Shown here: positions 28,901 through 34,381 of the stretch, piece after piece | Numbering within the stretch: the stretch's first letter is position 1 | Layout of the letters: every line of letters starts with the position of its first letter | DNA from: a virus | Taxonomy: Duplodnaviria > Caudoviricetes | Length of the DNA: 34,381 nt | Strand: one strand, 5' to 3' | IMG/VR virus record: IMGVR_UViG_3300025071_000024 | Span: 1 to 34,381 of that record | Program-made: the position numbers and the translations under genes | Notes under the pieces: model-generated | Seen by the model: only the letters and a program-made list of their open reading frames with translations | Told to the model about the DNA's origin: nothing | Databases searched by the model: none

Positions 28901-31900
28901 GCTAAAACTTTGACTGTGCAACCTCTTAATAATAAATCCGAAGATATACAGTCTTGGGGTACATACGCATTTGCTAAGAAAGGTAGAATATTTTTATCCG
29001 ATGGGGCTAATGCTGAATATGCAAGTAAAGTAGGTGCAGGTTTTGTATTTGATGACGCAGATGCTATTGCACAAAGAAAATATGTTTCAAGTAGTGGAAA
29101 TGTATTTTCATCATTTAATGATTGGTGTTTAGGTGTAGACCTAATTTCTAATCAAACTAAAGGAACCCATCAAGTAAATGAAACTCTATTTAATGATGAT
29201 AACTTTAACTTTGAAAATATGTGTGAGGATGGTAGTACAGTAAATGATAGATTATTCCAAGCGATAGATGATGTAACACACGATTATCAATTAAGCACGC
29301 AATACGCAAGTACTCGTGCCATGGTTGAGATACCTGTATTTTTCCAACAATTTTTCCAAGTAAAAGATGAGGGAATTTTTCCCGGACCGGATAACAGTAT
29401 GAAAATACATTTAGATGCAACTCATACCGCCCATACATGGAATCCATCGCCTGTAGGTCGAAGGATAGAAGATATTGCACCAAATGACAGGGAAGCAATA
29501 TCAGCGTACAATGAAAATAATATAGATGGAAAAACAGTTGCAAAAACATACATAACTAAAATTATAGAAAATACCGATGGTAGCGGTAATGCTGTTTTAG
29601 ATTTATATGTAGAAAATAAAAATGTCTTTCCAAATAAATTAACTGGTAATTTTAATAATTTTAAAGACTTAGACCACAACCAAAGAGTGTTTCTTGAAGA
29701 TGGTTCTTGGGCTTACCAACTGAACAGCCCTCTTACTGATGGTTATGTAAGAGTTTATGCTCAACCTTCTGTAGTAGGTAATGGTGGGTATCATGGGTAT
29801 CTAAGTGAGAATTTTATAAACACATTAAGCGCAGGTTGTGTAATTTCAGCAGGTCACGAAACTTCTAATCTTAAATCTATAAATTCCGATATTACCACTC
29901 AATCTTCGGATTATGAAAATCGTTTACCATTTTACTATGATGAGGCAAATGTACAAACTCAAGGTGGTAACCTTGACTACGGGCTACGCCAATATGTAAG
30001 TGCAGTAGAGTTCAAAGCCGGTCCACTTTCTAATCCACATTCACCCCGTACCAAAAATAAAAGAGCCAAAGCAACTATCTTACAAGGTAAACTAATGACA
30101 GGAAAAATATATGCCTTAGAGTTAGATGATGTAGAACATTTCATTGATACAAATTATACTTTAGATGGTAGCGGTAATCCCATTGTAGGCACAGGTGATA
30201 CATTAGTTATAGGTAAAATTCTATCTCCAACACCTGTCGAAGTATTGTATTTAGGCACTCAATTTAACAGTCAATTTTCTTTAAACACTACTAATAATAA
30301 TACAGTATTAGTTCAATTTGGCACAGGTGTCACAGTACCGAGTTTAGCAGGTGTAGAATTTAGATTAGAAAAAGTCGGTAGAAGCCATCTTGCTCTATCT
30401 AATATAGCACAAGTCACATCAAATGAATTGACTGTAAGTACATTTAGACCTATCACTGGCGATGAAATATGGTCTTTTGTAGGGGCTTCATCTGCTACTT
30501 CTACTACAACATTAACAATAGATTGCGCTAGTGCTACTCGTTCTCCTATTGCTAATACTATAGGACTTAATTTAAGACCCGGTGATATGATTTACAAGGA
30601 AGATAAAACTAGTGGTGCTATTGCTTATGTAGGAACGGTTGCTTATGTACATACAAGATTTCATACAAGTCATGCTACTAACACTGTTGTAGAATTAGCC
30701 GCCGCTAACGCAGTAGCAATAGCGGATGATGACAAAGTAAGAGTTGGTATAAACTCAATGGTTGCTAATGATGGAGATGCTATACTCAACAAGTCTTGGT
30801 GCAACCCTTATGCCGCAGGTGGACTAAGAAATGGTGATACTGTTTGGATGAATATGACCATGAATAATGCCCATGCAATAGAAGGTTTATTCGCTAAAAG
30901 TCGTGGTGTATTTAATGAAGGACAGGTATACAAAGCATTTAACGGCGGAGAAGGGCAATTAACAAATAGACCTCGTGATTCCATACCACTTGAAAATTTC
31001 TTAATCGGTGATGACTGTTTAGAAACTGCAATTAATTTTGCTCAACATGTAAACAAAACAATTGAATTAAATTATGAAGCGATGGGATTATCTGCTTCTC
31101 AAGCACCTACTATTGCTTATGTAGACCCTTATCTTGCATCGGATGGAAATGCTCGTGTTTTATTATACGATGTAGCACATGATAGAGAATTTATCTCATT
31201 CCATGATATACACATGCAAGTACAAACAAGTCCTTCTACACCTATTATCGGACATACAAGAAATCTTGCTACAAAAGATGGATATTATCAACTTGATAAT
31301 GTGTTAGCACAAATTAATGGTGGTGCGCCTCACTATCTTACAACTCAAATAGATGTAGCAAATGGCTTCCCTTCCGAAAACAGATACCTAAGAAACACCC
31401 AACAATCTAAATTTATCGAAAGTGCTTACGCACACAATATTGCGAATCAAACTTCAAACGATTTACTTGCTAACTCTAACTCATACAATCCTGTAGCCGA
31501 ATTTATTATGGAAAATCCATTGAAAGGTTTTTTCAATCCTAGTAATGGTTCACCATTGACTACTATTATTGATATAGGAAACGAACATTACGCCGGTAAA
31601 GGACACGGACATTTTGTACACAGTGGTATTTATCATGAATCTGTAGGTACTAATTTCCACATCGCTGATAGTGTTTTACCTCGTGTTGAACCTGCTACTC
31701 ATTCATCTTTTTATGCTAATAAAAAACATAATCAACTTAGAGTAACTAAGGGTGATACAAGTATTTTCCCTATGGTAAGAGTACTTAAGGCTCATAGAAG
31801 GGCGCAAGGATTTAGTACTTTTACATTTAAAGATAGTAGTACATTCTTTGATACTCCCGATGGAACAAGAGTTATATCAGCATTTTTATGTTTGAAAGGT

Positions 31901-34381
31901 ATTCGTAATAAAAATTTAAATTTGATTAACCATGAAGAAAGTAGGTTACAGCACTTACCTCAATGGAAAGACATGGATTATATTCGCCGCCAAACAATTG
32001 ACTTTGGTGAAGTAGGTGCTAAAGAGGGTGTAACTGATATTGAAGCGGCGGCAAGAGAAATAGTCCGTATGATAAATCAAGGTGCGGCTAAAAATGGTAG
32101 AACCCATGCTCGTCGCCCATCCCATCAATACCCCGGTGAAAGTGAAAGACTTGATTTAACTCGCATAGGTGTAAGAGAAGATGTAAGTAATCCTAACAAA
32201 GACCCTACAAGCGCACATGTAAATGCTGACTTTGCCGCTACAGGTTCTACTCACGACCCCGCCCCGTTTTGGTCAGTAGAACACGCCATGACTTCTCAAG
32301 ATAGGGGTAGTCACATGGGTTATCTAAGAGCGCATATCGGTAGAGTAGTAGAGGATGTAAACGGTGTACCCGGATTTACTATAGTAATACACTCAACTGT
32401 ACCGGGTGCTAGTGGTAGAAATTTCTGTGTTTGGTTAGACAACAGTAAAGGTCAATCGCCATATCAACCTCAATTCTTAGTAGGTCATGGTGGGCGATTT
32501 AGAAACTTTTGGTGTCAGCAAGATGAGGTAATGGGTGAAAATATGCATCCTGCGCCTATGCCATTAAACAAACACGGTAGACCTTTTGCACCAATTACTA
32601 CTCTTAGAGAAATGATTAATTCGGAAAACACCGTTGATGATGTAATAAGTAATCATGATTATGTAACAAGATTAAATGAAGATGATAAAACTAGAATGTT
32701 ATCTGCTCATGTGGGTAGTGGAACATTTAGTAACACATTGTTTGATGAGTCTTTTGAATCTCAAGGTCAATCATTAACACTTGTAGAAGGTTTGAGAGTT
32801 GGAACTAAACCCATTGGCAGAATCAATTTTGGTGGTTTAATAGCCGCCGGTATACCCGGTTTTTCTCCAATAGTAGGTCAATTTGGTTGTGGTCCAAAAG
32901 GAGATAATTCTTTTGACCAAATATACGGTATTACTACTCATAATTATCAAGCACATACAGATACTAGTTTAATTAAATCTAGTGAAGTTGGTAACAGTAA
33001 TTTATACGGTGTAAGATTAACTGACCATAAAGGTAAATCATACGGTGTAAGATATGTGTATAAAAAATTAGGCGATAAATTCTCTAATGATAATACTTTA
33101 ATTCCTAATTCTTTAGATAATGAGATAGGAGTCTTTTTCGATGATAGAGATGTATCTTTGGGTGGTTTTAGTTTAGGTAATCATATTGTAGGTACGGGTG
33201 ATGTAACAGGACAATTATTCCATGCTGATTTGACTAATGCTCTTTTCAAAGGTAACAGATGGCGAGGGGTGTATTCACCCGATTCTTTAATTAATGCATC
33301 AGTAAAATGGGAGTCTACAACTGATACATTAACTATTAGATTTCATAAAAATAGCATATACAGACCTAATACTGTAGATGAATTTAGTAATATAGATGAC
33401 ATATTAGGTTACTTAGGTTTTCCAAAACAAAATGGTGTTATACAATTAAATGATACTCATTACACAACACCCACAAAAGGAAGTTTAGGTAACACATTAT
33501 CATATACATCTCGTACACAATATACAGTAGGAAGTAATGAACATATACTTCACGGTGTTAAAGGTAGCATTTTTCTTGCTTCACACACTGTATCTAATGC
33601 AAGTGGGAATGTATCTAGTAGTGGTAGTGACGGTCTTACTAATACCGCTAACTCACATCCTAATGCGACAGGTGAGTGGGCTTATGTATTAATTTCTTCT
33701 CGTATGAATTGGACTACATTACTTACTGATGAGATAATTACGGCGGCTACCGAAGCGGCAATAAATTTAGTCAATGTTACAGAAGAAGAAGGTGTATCTT
33801 TTGATTGTAGCAAAATGCTTGCGGCAGATGGTCGAACATTAGGTGAATGGGGAGTAAGCCCCGATGCAATCAAACTAAGAGCATTCAATCTAAATAATGA
33901 CAAGTTAGTTGCACCTTCTGTAATGTTTACTGCAACCACTCATAAAGATAAAGGAATAGAAGCCGCACATGCTGAATATGGTTTGTATCAAGAATTAAGT
34001 ACTGGTGGGGCAATTACAGGTTTAGAAATTATTACCGCAGGTATAGGGTATTATGGTACTAATGACCCTCAAGCGGGAAGCGTTTATCAAAATGGAGAAT
34101 CAATAATTAATCCTACAGTAGTGGGTGGTTCGGGTACAGGTGCTACACTAAAAATTCTCACAACTACAGGTTCGGGTGATGTTCAAGCATCTGCAAACCC
34201 TAGTTCGGGTTTTACTGCAAGAACAGGTGGTCTTGCTACTTTTACTTTGTTAGGTGGAGGAAGCGGGTATAAAGTTGGAGATGTAATTACTTTAACTTCT
34301 AATTATGCTTTAACTAGTGGTACAAATCAATTTAATACAGGTAATATAAATCAAGGGCCATCTGCTGATTTCACTTCTATA
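25925..34381 (+). CDS. Giant tail tip/adhesin protein (at least 2819 codons, 3'-truncated) with an N-terminal LamG/ConA-like domain
   Basis: GAGGTGA SD then TTG 25925: MVAIGRSSHAFFFDGVSESIIVP...FTVEAWVVP...LYHIVG...SLFINGQ...VYIGG...FRGAIESI. Spot translations at about 31 kb, 32 kb and 34 kb are open in the same frame. The track lists no + ORF here, consistent with no stop before the window end. Confidence 0.9.
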   Translation, partial: MVAIGRSSHAFFFDGVSESIIVPQGRFTKLGDNASVGTTNTKTKKTPSDILSKTGYGKDETTKINSRFDNQFTVEAWVVPDCGGVIVERQGQFLLELGTVDTPGPAKFTVFLDTTDGTKKFTLTTASNATTRWSGVVYPEQDYGGVHDSYNRYDLSTYNDATNLNFNHRPLYHIVGAVTDSAISLFINGQVVISQTLPNDASISDSTAHVYIGGKGGDFRGAIESIHFATQFDEQVITPNVPMDDQISSTALYRFEEPLDIIEEEYEFTAFTAASNGTTTTLTIPATDAQALIKRLTGKEYDATSATTDFTLAPHSMGNYEIHNNFTAPNNVATSYLPHVPYNLIINPGAINRNTQKPNQTPPERLRILSINGSTGVITVNSIHLDFNVASSGSRGILHSRTANVDNYFVIIPADLVIDLVTGKPYQPPHFNTQIIDKTGQMVLDETDNEQHGIVYSSQMATTTSHPNNPFAVTWPSTLDVNYQIGHSGRHKFSHIKGHEYMRRYPRPTSLQIDQVISGSADIVQMDYENTASGLHRLFNTNELADFYDENSQSPIQNIVNSTKASSVFTNGLPASKEEIIAISIGDHKPFMLKGPIPETYSRTTLTTDERDYHIRPETESRIALLHVPTLRTTHNLAPYVEIHYNALDLLGDSMQTPSASPTPMLMVEKTVPKGSTILTGTTTILDVIKADLANASKDSTIYSPGGYIDLDSAVANQNDYFEKTNSLVGDNAGGAEYDFEISYDTSPINYTPPSDVNAQPATTPQVITSSHNKGTHQSVYHKLCIEPMSVDKVNKLEDLGNTQFKKKAEKVNSSQGVFDVGGIHQGSPIFEMFDIIDNLYIGTKHTSARIYIQPSNRSRTNQLAKLRDGVEKGETANIISLFYLMSRTRIRSVKQIISTESNSMITQVTASGIAEEAINEDVTFMGSGSPDSHVVKEIDIDAPVISVTLGGPGQGAINTKPTYDPSPLMRLPGSTRRSCAVQAVSVCTLDTAKTLTVQPLNNKSEDIQSWGTYAFAKKGRIFLSDGANAEYASKVGAGFVFDDADAIAQRKYVSSSGNVFSSFNDWCLGVDLISNQTKGTHQVNETLFNDDNFNFENMCEDGSTVNDRLFQAIDDVTHDYQLSTQYASTRAMVEIPVFFQQFFQVKDEGIFPGPDNSMKIHLDATHTAHTWNPSPVGRRIEDIAPNDREAISAYNENNIDGKTVAKTYITKIIENTDGSGNAVLDLYVENKNVFPNKLTGNFNNFKDLDHNQRVFLEDGSWAYQLNSPLTDGYVRVYAQPSVVGNGGYHGYLSENFINTLSAGCVISAGHETSNLKSINSDITTQSSDYENRLPFYYDEANVQTQGGNLDYGLRQYVSAVEFKAGPLSNPHSPRTKNKRAKATILQGKLMTGKIYALELDDVEHFIDTNYTLDGSGNPIVGTGDTLVIGKILSPTPVEVLYLGTQFNSQFSLNTTNNNTVLVQFGTGVTVPSLAGVEFRLEKVGRSHLALSNIAQVTSNELTVSTFRPITGDEIWSFVGASSATSTTTLTIDCASATRSPIANTIGLNLRPGDMIYKEDKTSGAIAYVGTVAYVHTRFHTSHATNTVVELAAANAVAIADDDKVRVGINSMVANDGDAILNKSWCNPYAAGGLRNGDTVWMNMTMNNAHAIEGLFAKSRGVFNEGQVYKAFNGGEGQLTNRPRDSIPLENFLIGDDCLETAINFAQHVNKTIELNYEAMGLSASQAPTIAYVDPYLASDGNARVLLYDVAHDREFISFHDIHMQVQTSPSTPIIGHTRNLATKDGYYQLDNVLAQINGGAPHYLTTQIDVANGFPSENRYLRNTQQSKFIESAYAHNIANQTSNDLLANSNSYNPVAEFIMENPLKGFFNPSNGSPLTTIIDIGNEHYAGKGHGHFVHSGIYHESVGTNFHIADSVLPRVEPATHSSFYANKKHNQLRVTKGDTSIFPMVRVLKAHRRAQGFSTFTFKDSSTFFDTPDGTRVISAFLCLKGIRNKNLNLINHEESRLQHLPQWKDMDYIRRQTIDFGEVGAKEGVTDIEAAAREIVRMINQGAAKNGRTHARRPSHQYPGESERLDLTRIGVREDVSNPNKDPTSAHVNADFAATGSTHDPAPFWSVEHAMTSQDRGSHMGYLRAHIGRVVEDVNGVPGFTIVIHSTVPGASGRNFCVWLDNSKGQSPYQPQFLVGHGGRFRNFWCQQDEVMGENMHPAPMPLNKHGRPFAPITTLREMINSENTVDDVISNHDYVTRLNEDDKTRMLSAHVGSGTFSNTLFDESFESQGQSLTLVEGLRVGTKPIGRINFGGLIAAGIPGFSPIVGQFGCGPKGDNSFDQIYGITTHNYQAHTDTSLIKSSEVGNSNLYGVRLTDHKGKSYGVRYVYKKLGDKFSNDNTLIPNSLDNEIGVFFDDRDVSLGGFSLGNHIVGTGDVTGQLFHADLTNALFKGNRWRGVYSPDSLINASVKWESTTDTLTIRFHKNSIYRPNTVDEFSNIDDILGYLGFPKQNGVIQLNDTHYTTPTKGSLGNTLSYTSRTQYTVGSNEHILHGVKGSIFLASHTVSNASGNVSSSGSDGLTNTANSHPNATGEWAYVLISSRMNWTTLLTDEIITAATEAAINLVNVTEEEGVSFDCSKMLAADGRTLGEWGVSPDAIKLRAFNLNNDKLVAPSVMFTATTHKDKGIEAAHAEYGLYQELSTGGAITGLEIITAGIGYYGTNDPQAGSVYQNGESIINPTVVGGSGTGATLKILTTTGSGDVQASANPSSGFTARTGGLATFTLLGGGSGYKVGDVITLTSNYALTSGTNQFNTGNINQGPSADFTSI

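Noticed and set aside
1731-33939. All other minus-strand ORFs in the track (e.g. 2766-3074, 5748-6035, 13418-13780, 23585-24193, 29205-29549, 33682-33939)
   Set aside because: They lie antisense to well-supported + strand genes, show shadow-ORF composition and have no recognisable motifs.

Overview
This window is the virion morphogenesis module of an AT-rich tailed dsDNA virus (Caudoviricetes), with all credible genes on the + strand. GGTGA/GAGGTGA-type ribosome-binding sites, TATA-like boxes, the style of the major capsid protein (MCP) and the gene order suggest an archaeal virus, probably a magrovirus-like virus of Marine Group II (Poseidoniales). That host and taxon assignment is recognition from memory, not a database result. 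Gene order: Q/P-rich protein, terminase large subunit, small basic and Cys-rich proteins, a LAGLIDADG-domain protein, portal with zinc fingers, small head proteins, a 1855-aa protein with a DNA-ligase-like domain, prohead protease-scaffold, MCP, decoration/neck proteins, tail terminator, tail tube, SAP protein, tail chaperones with a -1 frameshift site, a short tape measure, distal tail protein, and a LamG-containing tail protein of at least 2819 codons that runs off the window and is missing from the ORF track. The most interesting signal is a possible capsid cargo system. Many unrelated head-module proteins share hydrophobic-x-K|(S/A/G/E) sites resembling the putative MCP propeptide site, and several carry a terminal A(W/Y)xxL(x)K helix. 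One small protein copies the scaffold's C-terminal motif. The ligase-like domain, whose catalytic motifs are all degenerate, is bracketed by such K sites, as is the start of the LAGLIDADG domain.
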